From: Candidatus Aenigmatarchaeota archaeon
Lineage (GTDB): Archaea > Aenigmatarchaeota > Aenigmatarchaeia > GW2011-AR5 > JACRAC01
Assembly: GCA_016187395.1 (NCBI GenBank)
Contig: JACPJV010000006.1
Location: 1 to 60,344 of the forward strand
Length of the DNA: 60,344 nucleotides
Direction: 5' to 3'
The notes under the pieces are model-generated. The model was not told the origin of the DNA, ran no database searches, and saw only the letters and a list, made by a program, of their open reading frames with translations. Shown piece by piece: positions 1 through 9,625 of this stretch. How positions within the stretch are numbered: position 1 is the stretch's first letter; each line of letters starts with the position of its first letter. Both the position numbers and the translations under genes were made by a program.

Positions 1-425
1 TCGAGATTTATTTCCGAGGCAATGCGCATTTCCTCTGCCGGAAACGCATCCATAATCAAAACTTTATTGTTCGATATGAGATAGATGTATTCGCCGTCAT
101 TTTTTACAAAGTCCGCCTCGTCCACGCCTGCGACCTGGATGTTTGTAGTGGAATAGTCCGCTGCCTTTGGCGCAGGCGCCTGAGCAGCTGTTGCAAAGGA
201 TTCTGATGTCAAAACTTCAGCAGACGCAATTCCTCGCGAAATTCCAAGGGCGCCTGTATAGTAAATTCCCGAGCCCCTGTTCTCCTCAAGAAAAGCCTTC
301 AATTCCCTTTCAGATGCAAATACATTCAGCTTCTCAACAGAAGGTTCCAGAGACCGGTAATTCTCTATAATGACAGCTCCAGCTATCACGACGATTATCA
401 CGATTGCAGGCAGGATGTGTTTCAT
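1..425 (-). CDS. Secreted/membrane-anchored beta-propeller domain protein (N-terminal part; runs off the window edge)
   Basis: Manual translation from ATG 425: MKHILPAIVIIVVIAGAVII...DYSTTNIQVAGVDEADFVKNDGEYIYL, the signature of the Beta_propel family; absent from the ORF track because it is truncated. Confidence 0.85.
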   Translation of the reverse strand, partial: MKHILPAIVIIVVIAGAVIIENYRSLEPSVEKLNVFASERELKAFLEENRGSGIYYTGALGISRGIASAEVLTSESFATAAQAPAPKAADYSTTNIQVAGVDEADFVKNDGEYIYLISNNKVLIMDAFPAEEMRIASEINL

Positions 426-522
426 GCATTTAATTTCCCAAAAGGCTTCTTAAAGTGACTGCAAATCATTCGGAAAGAACCGAATAATCGAAATTTATAT
501 ATCTTTCGCCCCAATTTCACTT

Positions 523-1062
523 ATGGAAATAGACAAGAGCACCATAAAGGCGCTGGCAAGCGACACAAAGTCAGGCATTTTAAAAAAACTGGAAGAAAGG
601 CGCAAGATGCCCGCAGAGCTTTCAAAAGAACTTAATTTATCGCCGTCAACTGTAGTGGAGCATCTCAAGGCATTGGAAAATCTGGGGCTTGTAAAGAAGA
701 CAGAGACAGGGCATAAATGGGTCTACTATGAATTAACAGAGAAGAGCAGAAACATAGTAAAGCCGAAAATCCCGGTGCAAAACATATTCATGCTATCATT
801 AGGAATCGTCCTAACAATCGGCAGCTTCATTTCCTATTTATTTCAGAGTGCAGCAAGCCAATTTACAGAATCAGCCTCCATACAAAACATTGCAGGAGTA
901 GAGAAAGCTGCACAAGAAATAGCAGAAACACCGCAAACAGCAGACATATCGCAATTTTCTGCTGCAACAGATTACTTTCTTATTGTAATTTTTGCAATAG
1001 GAATTATCCTGATTGCATACAGCATGTGGAAATTGAGGCAAGCTAAGAAGGAGACTCTATGA
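523..1062 (+). CDS. ArsR-like winged-helix regulator with two C-terminal TM helices
   Basis: KALASDTK..ILKKL..PAELSKELNLSPSTVVEHLKALENLGLV; hydrophobic segments downstream; TTTATATA about 28 nt upstream. Confidence 0.8.
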   Translation: MEIDKSTIKALASDTKSGILKKLEERRKMPAELSKELNLSPSTVVEHLKALENLGLVKKTETGHKWVYYELTEKSRNIVKPKIPVQNIFMLSLGIVLTIGSFISYLFQSAASQFTESASIQNIAGVEKAAQEIAETPQTADISQFSAATDYFLIVIFAIGIILIAYSMWKLRQAKKETL

Positions 1063-1896
1063 AACACTCTCTGCCGCAAAATCCAGGCACGTATGCCATA
1101 TTCCAGGGGCATAGCTCTTTACAACATTTCTGCCTGTTATTGAAACAATCCTATAGCCGCTTTTCCTTGCTGCCTTTTCCACATCCTTCAGCGGCTTTTC
1201 CCACAGCTCCTTGTCGCTGTATAAGTTATGGTAATGCACAACGCCCCTTTCTTTTAAAAATTTGAATGCATGTGGCAGGAATTTCTCAGTGCCGGGGAAA
1301 TACCCCATAATCACCCTGTCAGCCTTTTCCCTTATCCTGATCTTTCTGCAGTCGCCGCGTTTCGGTTCTATGCTCCTTATACCATTCAGCTTGATATTCT
1401 GCTTCAGATAATCAAACGCCTTCCTGTTTTTTTCTACCGCGTATATTCTATTTGCAGGCGAATGTTTTGCCAGGCCCAATGAAAAATAGCCTATTCCGGC
1501 AAACATGTCTACTATCGTCTCTCCCTTCTGTATCATTCCTATGAGTCTCTGTCTTTCGCTGAGATTTCCCTTTGAAAACATTATTTTGCCAACATCAATT
1601 TTGAATTTAATCCCATTCTCTGTATGGGTTGTTTCCAGAGTAGGCTTGGAAATGCGGGATGCTAAGATAGTTGTTTTTGGAATTCTAAATTCACCTTCTA
1701 TTCCGTTTATCTCGCACACAGTTTCTATATTGGAAAATGTTTTCAAACAAGTATCTGCTATGGTTTTCCTTTCCTTTTTTCCAGTAGTCTGGAAGAATTT
1801 CAAGAGCATAATGTTTCCTATAGTCTGGTAGCCGTCAGGAATCTTCTCAAGAGAAACGCCTGAAGCAAGAGAAATTATGTCTTTGAAAGACATCAA
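1057..1896 (-). CDS. taw2: tRNA aminocarboxypropyltransferase Taw2 (Trm5/Met10+ family)
   Basis: VDMFAGIGYFSL SAM motif, MFSKGNLSER, and ADRVIMGY (Taw2-type, not Trm5 NLP); divergent from taw1. Confidence 0.8.
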   Translation of the reverse strand: MMSFKDIISLASGVSLEKIPDGYQTIGNIMLLKFFQTTGKKERKTIADTCLKTFSNIETVCEINGIEGEFRIPKTTILASRISKPTLETTHTENGIKFKIDVGKIMFSKGNLSERQRLIGMIQKGETIVDMFAGIGYFSLGLAKHSPANRIYAVEKNRKAFDYLKQNIKLNGIRSIEPKRGDCRKIRIREKADRVIMGYFPGTEKFLPHAFKFLKERGVVHYHNLYSDKELWEKPLKDVEKAARKSGYRIVSITGRNVVKSYAPGIWHTCLDFAAESVS

Positions 1897-1944
1897 TAAT
1901 AAGAAACGCAGAAAGATTAAATATCTGATGAAATAGCTTATTCT

Positions 1945-2967
1945 ATGGTTATACCATTAATGATGGAACCTGCCACAGAAGAATCGTTGCAACAGTGGAA
2001 CCCCGAGGTTGATGCAAGATTAAGAATGCAGACAGAACCCGGAAAGCCCGTCCTTCCTCAAGAGCTCATCGCAAAAATGGAGCGGAACATGGGCTACCGC
2101 TTTGTCGGCCCTAGCAAGCACAGCGCTGTCAAGGTGTGCACATGGACAAAGAATTCTCTTTGTGGCGAGGGTGCCTGCTACAAGCAGCAGTTTTACGGAA
2201 TAGAATCACATCGCTGCATGGAAATGACGCCCTCCGTGCCATTTTGTACAGAATCATGCCAGTTCTGCTGGCGTTTAAGAGAGCTAAGCGCGCCAAAGTG
2301 GTTCGGTGCAGTTGACCCGCCAGACATAATTATCGAAGAATGTATCAAAGCCAGAAGGCAGCTGCTCCAGGGCTTTGCCGGAAATCCTGATGTGGAAAGA
2401 GGTAAAATTCATCAATCAGAGAGGCCGACGCAGGTTGCTATTTCTTTAGATGGTGAACCGATGCTATATCCGAGAATAAATGAATTGGTTGAGGAAGTGC
2501 TGAGCAGAAAAATGACTGCCTTTCTTGTCACGAATGGAACGCTGCCAGACAAGGTGAAAAACCTGAACCCGGAGCCCACAAACCTGTACATAACGCTCGC
2601 GGGTCCAGATAAGGAAATTTTTGTGAAAACAGTCAAGCCACTGATGAAAAATACATGGGAGCTGCTTATGCAGTCTTTGGCAGAAATAAAGCACAAAAGC
2701 TGCGCGACTGTTATCCGCCTAACCCTTGTCAAAGGGCTGAACATGGTAAATCCTGAAGAATATGCGGAAATTATTGATAGAACCGAAAGCAAATTTGTAG
2801 AATTGAAATCGTTTATGTCAGTAGGGGCGGCGAGGGAAAGACTGCCATACAACACCATGCCCTTGCACGAAGAGCTGCGGGCTTTTGCAGAAGAAGTGGA
2901 AAGAAAAAGTTCTTATCATATATCAGATGAAAACAGCAGGAGCAGGGTTGTACTGATGACACGGTAA
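1945..2967 (+). CDS. taw1: 4-demethylwyosine synthase Taw1/TYW1 (radical SAM)
   Basis: HSAVKVCTWTK, CYKQQFYGIESHRCMEMTP, CTESCQFCWR, AISLDGEPMLYP, FLVTNG. Confidence 0.95.
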   Translation: MVIPLMMEPATEESLQQWNPEVDARLRMQTEPGKPVLPQELIAKMERNMGYRFVGPSKHSAVKVCTWTKNSLCGEGACYKQQFYGIESHRCMEMTPSVPFCTESCQFCWRLRELSAPKWFGAVDPPDIIIEECIKARRQLLQGFAGNPDVERGKIHQSERPTQVAISLDGEPMLYPRINELVEEVLSRKMTAFLVTNGTLPDKVKNLNPEPTNLYITLAGPDKEIFVKTVKPLMKNTWELLMQSLAEIKHKSCATVIRLTLVKGLNMVNPEEYAEIIDRTESKFVELKSFMSVGAARERLPYNTMPLHEELRAFAEEVERKSSYHISDENSRSRVVLMTR

Positions 2968-2974
2968 AACTGTT

Positions 2975-4819
2975 CTAGGCACTGCCGTGCATCTCACCGC
3001 CATTTCCACGTACACTCACATGTCTTCGTTGGTGCGTCATCCTATAAACATAGAAGGCAACCGTATGCTCCGGAGGAGCCCTCTCTTTCAGGACAAGCCC
3101 GGAAACCTCGAAACATACTATCTCGTCCGGCTCTTTCAGGTGGAGGTTCCCAAGAACCCTTCCTCCGGGCGTTTCAACAAGGTGCTGCCTTACAAAGCAG
3201 CCGTGAATGCTGGAAGGTGGAACCTCAAGCATATATTTTACTGCGCCGGAAGGAATTGGAACGTTCTCTTCCGCAGGCTCTGGCTGTCCCTCGTCAGGGA
3301 GAGGCGTGTCCTCATCTGTATAATGGCTATCCTGCATTGCATAGTAACGGCTGCTTCTGCGGACAGGATGCCCGTCCTTCTCCTTCCCCTTTCCGTTTCT
3401 GTACAGGCGCATGAATCTCTCCATATGTTCCATCCACGTCAGAGGCACCACAGGCCTTGACGGAGACCTCGGAGGCTCTATCGGCGTTTTCAGGAGGTCC
3501 CTTACCCTGACCCCCTCCTCTACAAGCTCTGCCACGAAATCCCGGAAAGGTATTCTATGAACCTTTCTCAGCACTTCATATGGATGCGGATAATGCCTTT
3601 CAAATTCGCCAGCCTTCATCCACCCTCTTCTTTCCCTTATGCAGTAAAGATATGCCTGCCCTATCCTTTCGCGGGTCCAGAAAAGCCTCCTGCCCTTTTC
3701 CGGATGTCTTTCAGGCAAAGCAGGATGCACTATTTCAGGTTTCACATTCGCATCGGCATCATGATGAAGACCGGCAGGCTCCACAGGCTTTTCAGTGTCC
3801 TTTGCCTTTCTCTGCATGGGAGACCGTCTGTGAGGTCTGGGGGAATTCAGGGAAGGAAGATCCATCCGCTTTATTTCCTCAAGTGAATATCTTTCCTGCA
3901 TATTGCTGCGGAAATCCGGGAAGCTTATCCCATGAATAGTCGCCAAGGCCGGGTATGCGCCTCCGTAGTATGATGACAAATCTCTGCTGTTTGCCCAGCC
4001 TCCCCCTCTTTGCACTGCATGAAGGTATGCCAGCTCTATGTTTTCCATATCCCAGAAGCCGTGATATTCATTGTTTCCTCCAAGAGGATGTGGTTTTTCC
4101 CGCCTTGCCGGGACAACAGCTGCCGGAGAAGCGGTTGTTTCTGAATCCATCGTGTCAGGCAGAAGTATCGGCTCCCTCTTGGCAGGGTCTTTCCTGACAA
4201 TTTCGAACGGTTTGCTTTCCATTTCTTGTTTTGGTCTTTTAAGCGGTTTTATCTCGCATTTTGGAGGCACTGGAGGCTCTATGTCCATTTTCAGGACATC
4301 TTCGAGCCTGTATTTTTCCTGCATTCCAGAGCAGAACTCAGGAAATGTCATGTTATCATATACAGAGGTGCAGGCCCCTCCAAAGGCACGCATGAATATG
4401 TCAGGGCCGGCCCAGTTTCCCCGTTGTTTTGTGGCATAGAGATATGCAATCTCCCTTCTTTCTTCTGTCCAGAAACCAGGCGGAGGTCTTTTTTTGGAGG
4501 TCTCTGTCCCCACGGGCTGCGCATGGAGGGCTTCTCCATTTCCTCCGGCTTCAGAAGATCGCGGCGTATCAGAAATTTTATCGTCAAGCGGCGGAATGCT
4601 CATTTTCATTATGCTTTCAACCGGATGTCGCCTCCTCATCCTTGCCTCGAACACGTCGTAAAATGTATTGTGAGCCCTGTAAAGCGCTCCACACGCCCCT
4701 CCATATGCCCTCATGAATTCCGGCGATGTCGGATACCTCCCAAGCTGTTTTGCTGTAAGAAGCCATGCCCTTTCTACATTTTCTATGTCGCTCCAGAATC
4801 CCTTAGTCCTCCCTCCCAT
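2975..4819 (-). CDS. Hypothetical protein with four ~70-aa (G/L)FW...A(Y/W)L repeats
   Basis: 614-aa ORF; repeats begin GFWSDIENVERAWL, GFWTEERREIAYL, GFWDMENIELAYL, LFWTRERIGQAYL. Confidence 0.8.
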   Translation of the reverse strand: MGGRTKGFWSDIENVERAWLLTAKQLGRYPTSPEFMRAYGGACGALYRAHNTFYDVFEARMRRRHPVESIMKMSIPPLDDKISDTPRSSEAGGNGEALHAQPVGTETSKKRPPPGFWTEERREIAYLYATKQRGNWAGPDIFMRAFGGACTSVYDNMTFPEFCSGMQEKYRLEDVLKMDIEPPVPPKCEIKPLKRPKQEMESKPFEIVRKDPAKREPILLPDTMDSETTASPAAVVPARREKPHPLGGNNEYHGFWDMENIELAYLHAVQRGGGWANSRDLSSYYGGAYPALATIHGISFPDFRSNMQERYSLEEIKRMDLPSLNSPRPHRRSPMQRKAKDTEKPVEPAGLHHDADANVKPEIVHPALPERHPEKGRRLFWTRERIGQAYLYCIRERRGWMKAGEFERHYPHPYEVLRKVHRIPFRDFVAELVEEGVRVRDLLKTPIEPPRSPSRPVVPLTWMEHMERFMRLYRNGKGKEKDGHPVRRSSRYYAMQDSHYTDEDTPLPDEGQPEPAEENVPIPSGAVKYMLEVPPSSIHGCFVRQHLVETPGGRVLGNLHLKEPDEIVCFEVSGLVLKERAPPEHTVAFYVYRMTHQRRHVSVRGNGGEMHGSA

Positions 4820-4847
4820 GCGCTATTTTTGGTTTTTGGAGATTTAT

Positions 4848-4898
4848 AACCTTCTTCCCCCTTTCCTGCGGGCTTTTATTTCTCTTGGCATCGGAAAA
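4848..4898 (-). pseudogene. Displaced homologous 3' fragment of trm56
   Basis: Encodes FSDAKRNKSPQERGKKV versus FRGAKLKIKPQSRGKKV at 6508-6558; AACCTTCTTCCCCCTT is identical at 4848 and 6508. Confidence 0.7.
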
Positions 4899-4955
4899 AG
4901 CAGCAATCCATCTGCTAGGTAAGCCAGAGGAAATCTCTCACCTACAATTTTAACT

Positions 4956-6482
4956 TCATGAAAATAGTTCCCTGTATCCACCGTAAGGGGAATAGTCTGC
5001 GATCTCTGCTACTCCATCACTATCTATATCAACCCATCCTGCCATTCTCCTGACTTGTGTAGCAAATATTTGACCGGAGAACATTAGTTCATACTCATTG
5101 TCATTATCTAAATCGTACAAATAAAATTTAATATCATTTAATCTAAATGAGCATGAACTTGAAGAATCAGCCTCTAGCCAAGAGGGCCTTTCATCAGCAT
5201 ATATCTTCAGATCATCTGGTAGTTCTATAGCGAAATAGTCGGGAGAATGCTTAAAGAACTCACAATTTCTATATTCTCCTTCTTTCTTTCCAGTAAAGGG
5301 ATCTATGTTCTGCCCTTCAAAGGTCAAATATAACTGATTTTCATAAGATAGAAAAGTATCATGCAATCCGAAGGATGCATGTGAAGCCTCGTGACTAAAT
5401 AAGCCAAACATTCCATAGAATTCTAAAAATAAAAGCAACTCTTTTTTATCCGAAGTGAAATTATAGTTTCCACCTATGGCTAATGGTGAATAAGCGAATG
5501 ACATATTCTTCCAAAAACTAGCATAACCACCTGCACGCCTTTCAAGAATAAAAATTGGGGATAATATTAGCATTTGGAAGTTGCTCTGGTTTATCTTATT
5601 GACTGCTGCACTATAAATTTTTTCTATATCATCATTAGAATAGTAATATTGGTAGCTGATTTGTGGAATTGGTCTTTCAATGCCTTCTGGGGGATTTATT
5701 ACAACAGGCGTTATATCATATTGCAGAGGATTATCAACTTCTTGCATTTTTATCATTTTTTCATTCTCAGCTGCTTCAAATTTTTTAGTCCAGTTGATAA
5801 GAGTATACTCAGGATAAACTTCATCAAAATTTATAAATATCAAAAGTGCCCTTACTGTTCTTCCGTATACTGGATAAACTTTATCTATATTGGTAATTAG
5901 TGAACTATTAGTTGAGATGAAATATTCTAAAATAGTTGCTTGTGTACTATTTTTCCATAAAAATGAAGTCAGCGTTGGGGCACTGTCAAGTCCATATGAG
6001 AATGCCACATCCGGAAAAGGCACTTCATAGCCATGCTTACGCCATAAATTAGAAATAAATATCGGTAATCTTCTTGAATACCCATATTGATAATTCATAA
6101 CACCCAATTGTTCTGCCCAGCAGGCTGAAGGGTAAACTATGCCATCCGAATCATGAACAGGATTGTGAACTATAGGGCATGCCATGATTTTCCAGCAAGC
6201 GTGTTGATTACATTCGTCCCTGTAAAATTTGGCACACTCTGGCTCTCCTCGTCCTAATTGAAAGCATTTTGAATTTTCTGGCAAGGGTAGTGGAAGTTGT
6301 CTTTGCTGTGGAAACTGCGTATCTGTGGAGGTTGGTGCTGTGTTCGGAGGCGAGGTTATTAGGTCTGGTAAAGAAGGAATCTCCTTAAAACTTGAATTGA
6401 AATATTTTGATGTTTGTTGTAATATCTTGGGTGCTGCAGTTGCAATTCCCATTGAATCCCCTTTTCTATTTCTATTGTTCAA
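4956..6482 (-). CDS. AT-rich hypothetical protein with Kazal-like Cys module and HExxH motif
   Basis: CPIVHNPVHDSDGIVYPSACWA resembles Kazal; SHEASHASFGLHD resembles zincin; start uncertain (TTG). Confidence 0.7.
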   Translation of the reverse strand: MNNRNRKGDSMGIATAAPKILQQTSKYFNSSFKEIPSLPDLITSPPNTAPTSTDTQFPQQRQLPLPLPENSKCFQLGRGEPECAKFYRDECNQHACWKIMACPIVHNPVHDSDGIVYPSACWAEQLGVMNYQYGYSRRLPIFISNLWRKHGYEVPFPDVAFSYGLDSAPTLTSFLWKNSTQATILEYFISTNSSLITNIDKVYPVYGRTVRALLIFINFDEVYPEYTLINWTKKFEAAENEKMIKMQEVDNPLQYDITPVVINPPEGIERPIPQISYQYYYSNDDIEKIYSAAVNKINQSNFQMLILSPIFILERRAGGYASFWKNMSFAYSPLAIGGNYNFTSDKKELLLFLEFYGMFGLFSHEASHASFGLHDTFLSYENQLYLTFEGQNIDPFTGKKEGEYRNCEFFKHSPDYFAIELPDDLKIYADERPSWLEADSSSSCSFRLNDIKFYLYDLDNDNEYELMFSGQIFATQVRRMAGWVDIDSDGVAEIADYSPYGGYRELFS

Positions 6483-6492
6483 TATTTAACGA

Positions 6493-7020
6493 TTAGTCAA
6501 CCCCTTCAACCTTCTTCCCCCTTGACTGCGGCTTGATTTTGAGTTTAGCGCCGCGAAATTTCTTTCCAAGTTCTTTGCCCCTGAAGTATTCATGCAGAAA
6601 TATCGCTAAGGCAGCCACCTCGCTGTGCGGCTGGCCTGTGACTGCAATATTAAAATCCGCCTCCTGATACACCTGCGGCGGAACTTTCTCGCCGCCGATG
6701 ATTACAAGGATATTTTTCTTTTTCCTTATCCTTCTGATTACCTTCTGAACAGGCATGCCGTACATCGTCAGATGCACAATTGAAAAATTCCTCTTCCTGT
6801 ATTTTTTCACAACATGCTTCCAGTTTTCCTCATATTTTGCCGAAAAAGGACCGCCCCATCTGTTTGCCGTTTCATTCACGCTTTCCAGAAGGATTTGATC
6901 GCGCTCGCCTGTGTAAATTATCTCCCGCGCACCGAGGGCGCGCGCTACAAGTCCGCAGTGCGTGCTTATCCTTGCATCGCGGCCGAGGCGGTGGCCCAAA
7001 CGCAGAACTGAGATAGGCAT
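6493..7020 (-). CDS. trm56: tRNA (cytidine(56)-2'-O)-methyltransferase aTrm56
   Basis: VLRLGHR..RD.RISTHCGLVARALGA, VHLTMYG, GGEKVP, QPHSEVAALAIFL. Confidence 0.95.
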   Translation of the reverse strand: MPISVLRLGHRLGRDARISTHCGLVARALGAREIIYTGERDQILLESVNETANRWGGPFSAKYEENWKHVVKKYRKRNFSIVHLTMYGMPVQKVIRRIRKKKNILVIIGGEKVPPQVYQEADFNIAVTGQPHSEVAALAIFLHEYFRGKELGKKFRGAKLKIKPQSRGKKVEGVD

Positions 7021-7048
7021 GATAATATTTGCTTGCATCGGTTAAAAA

Positions 7049-8566
7049 TCAGACGTCGTAGACCCTTTTGCCTCCTCCATCAAAGGTCTGTGCTATCTGA
7101 AGAAGCCTGCGGCCATCAGGGGTGGGATATTCGCCCGTAAGGCAGGCTGCGTCGGGTGTTGGTATCCCCGCTCTTCTCATGATGCTAACTATAACGTCGG
7201 GTGGATTATACCTGAAGCTCGTGGAGTCTATCCTTTCTGCAAACCTCCTTTCTGTTTCTGCATGAATACGGTCCTTGTCCCATAAAGGATGTTCTTTCCT
7301 TATCTCCTGCTGAATCATATAAATTGCCAGCTTTCTTGGATCCGGAGTATCTATGCCGTAGTAGCAGGGAGATTTGATCCCTGCAGAAGCCCTTTGGTGA
7401 ACTTCCCTTGCCCCTGCGCTGTAAAGTATTCCGGAGAGTGCTTTTGCCGTATCCCCCCTTACAGTTGAGTCATCAGCGGTCGCTACCCGCTTTTCATGAA
7501 TAAAGCGTCTGATAGGAGAATGCTTTCTTATTACCTTCTCCGTTCTGTCAGGATCAGGATCTATGAAAACCCTCCCCCCTCTTTTAACAAGCGCGTGCAC
7601 GACATCGACATGCTTTTTGTGATGATCCCACATCCCTTTTACATATCCGTCTGAATGGTGCAGGCCGCTGTTCTGAATCGGTATAAGAATGTCGTATTCG
7701 CAGTCTTCCCTCCTTGCCAGATCATAACCGAGATCATACCTAAAACCTCCGACGCTCACGCCGTACATTACGGAGTCCGGGCTCGCGAAGTAAATATATT
7801 CGAATATGCACGGAGAATTTCCTTTCTGAACAAGCGTCTTTCTGTGCGCTCCGTTTTCATCGAAAACAACTGCCTCTCCGGGTTCTGGCTCGAAGGAGTA
7901 GTCAAAACCAACGAAATCAAGAGCTGTCGTTTCTGATGCTATCATGAAGCCGCTTTCATTTGTTCCTATAACCATCGGCCTTATCCCATAGGGGTCTTTG
8001 AAAGCCAGCCCTATCATCCTTCCGCTCCTGGTGGCTATCAGTGCTGTGGCTGAATAGGCTCCTTCAACTTTTTGCTGGACTCTCTCAACTGCAGCAAAAA
8101 TATCGTCATCAGTAGGCTCTTCATTGCCATTCAGTTCGCATGCAAGCGCGCCAAGAAGATATCTTGCATCGCACTGGCTTTCTTCATTGACTTTTATTTC
8201 CTTCTCTTCCATTTCCCTCCCTATAATTTTGCAGTTGTTTATATTGCCGTTATGCGCCAGTAGGATGGCACAGCTGCCATAATAGACTTCAGGCTGCGCG
8301 CTTTTTTCCAAGGCTTCTTTCTTCCTCCCACCAAATGTCGGATAGCGTACATGACCAACTGCATGCCGGGAACCATCGACGCCATCAAAAACACCGCGCT
8401 TTATGGCATCAGAAGCCATCCCATCAGTCTTCCTTACTAGAAACTCCATACCATGCGGCACGCCTATCCCAACACCATTCTGCCCCCTGTGTTCCTGCGC
8501 GAGAAGACCTGCTTTAACAATCTCAGAAGCATTTTGCACATTATAGACCAAACAGATTCCGCACAC
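7049..8566 (-). CDS. purF: Amidophosphoribosyltransferase
   Basis: GTG start gives (M)CGI Ntn-Cys; QEHRGQ, GHVRYPT, AHNGNI, DPYGIRP, CIFEYIYF, DDSTVRG, PCYYGID. Confidence 0.9.
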   Translation of the reverse strand: MCGICLVYNVQNASEIVKAGLLAQEHRGQNGVGIGVPHGMEFLVRKTDGMASDAIKRGVFDGVDGSRHAVGHVRYPTFGGRKKEALEKSAQPEVYYGSCAILLAHNGNINNCKIIGREMEEKEIKVNEESQCDARYLLGALACELNGNEEPTDDDIFAAVERVQQKVEGAYSATALIATRSGRMIGLAFKDPYGIRPMVIGTNESGFMIASETTALDFVGFDYSFEPEPGEAVVFDENGAHRKTLVQKGNSPCIFEYIYFASPDSVMYGVSVGGFRYDLGYDLARREDCEYDILIPIQNSGLHHSDGYVKGMWDHHKKHVDVVHALVKRGGRVFIDPDPDRTEKVIRKHSPIRRFIHEKRVATADDSTVRGDTAKALSGILYSAGAREVHQRASAGIKSPCYYGIDTPDPRKLAIYMIQQEIRKEHPLWDKDRIHAETERRFAERIDSTSFRYNPPDVIVSIMRRAGIPTPDAACLTGEYPTPDGRRLLQIAQTFDGGGKRVYDV

Positions 8567-8634
8567 AGCGAAATAAGGGAATCGAAGTATTAAAGTTCTT
8601 GTGATGCAGAAATTACTAACTGGAAAAAGGCAAC

Positions 8635-8797
8635 AGCCCCGTCGTCTAGCGGTCAAAGCCGTATGACGAACCGCAGGTTCGTCTTTGTGCGGCTATGGAT
8701 AACGGGCTTTGGATGTCACCAAAGCTTTGAGCGTAAATTGAGTTTACGCTGTGATAAAGGAAACCCGTTGACGGCAGTTCGAATCTGCCCGGGGCTA
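8635..8797 (+). tRNA. tRNA-Gln(UUG) with two introns (D-loop 8657-8696; canonical 37/38 8713-8762)
   Basis: Exons join to AGCCCCGTCGTCTAGCGGTCAA-GGATAACGGGCTTTGG-ACCCGTTGACGGCAGTTCGAATCTGCCCGGGGCTA; all stems pair; BHB-type motifs at both junction pairs. Confidence 0.9.
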
Positions 8798-8928
8798 TCC
8801 AAGCGAGGCGTGCGAGCAACTTAGAATCTAAAATCAAAGTCTGACATAGCAAATCCAAAATTATTGTCACCAGAGCGGTGGCAACCTTTTCTCCTTCCGT
8901 TTCCGCTTATTTCTATAACTGCAATTTT

Positions 8929-9582
8929 CTATATCTTTCTTATCAAAACATTAAACCTGAATCTTGCATTTTCATATCCTTCTAGTTCGTGATCAAAAAT
9001 CTCTGCATCTGGAAATGCCCTGAAGAAATCTCTTTCATAAAACAGTCTCGTAAGATTGTGCGTTTCAGGTTCTTTTGCCTTTTCATACTCTGTTCGTTTC
9101 GCTGAATTGGGGATATCAGCTATGTAAATGATGCCATTTCTATCACAAACCCTTAGCATTTCCAGCACAGACTTTCTTGCATATTCTGGATCAGGGAAGT
9201 ACTGGAACATCGAATGACAGAGTATCTTATCAAAGGAGCCGTCTGCAAAAGGCAGGCGGCTTGCTTCCCCCAATATCCTTGGGGTATGGTTTGGGACATA
9301 TCTGATCATGGAAAGTGAAGCATCGACTCCAATAATTTTTGGTGCACATCTTGATAATGGAACTGTTATAACCCCAGCTCCGCATCCCACATCCAATACC
9401 CTATCGTTCTCTTTTATCTCCAACTTCTCAGCAATAGAACCTACAAGCTTCCTAAGCGTTCTATCTGACAATTTGGCAAGTCTATGACTGTATCCACTCA
9501 TTCTTCTAAGATCCTTCCATCTTCCTTTACCCCTTCTTTCCCAGTATGCTCTCCAGTCTTTGTAATCTCTGTATTTTTCCAT
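8929..9582 (-). CDS. Class I SAM-dependent methyltransferase
   Basis: VLDVGCGAG, LPFADGSFDKIL; likely start MEKYRDY. Confidence 0.85.
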   Translation of the reverse strand: MEKYRDYKDWRAYWERRGKGRWKDLRRMSGYSHRLAKLSDRTLRKLVGSIAEKLEIKENDRVLDVGCGAGVITVPLSRCAPKIIGVDASLSMIRYVPNHTPRILGEASRLPFADGSFDKILCHSMFQYFPDPEYARKSVLEMLRVCDRNGIIYIADIPNSAKRTEYEKAKEPETHNLTRLFYERDFFRAFPDAEIFDHELEGYENARFRFNVLIRKI

Positions 9583-9625
9583 CAATATGATAAGCCTTTT
9601 ATACTTTAATCTCTTAGGCAGAGCT

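Noticed and set aside
8646-8870. 74-aa minus-strand ORF (also ORFs at 19480-19874)
   Set aside because: Antisense shadows of the tRNA genes
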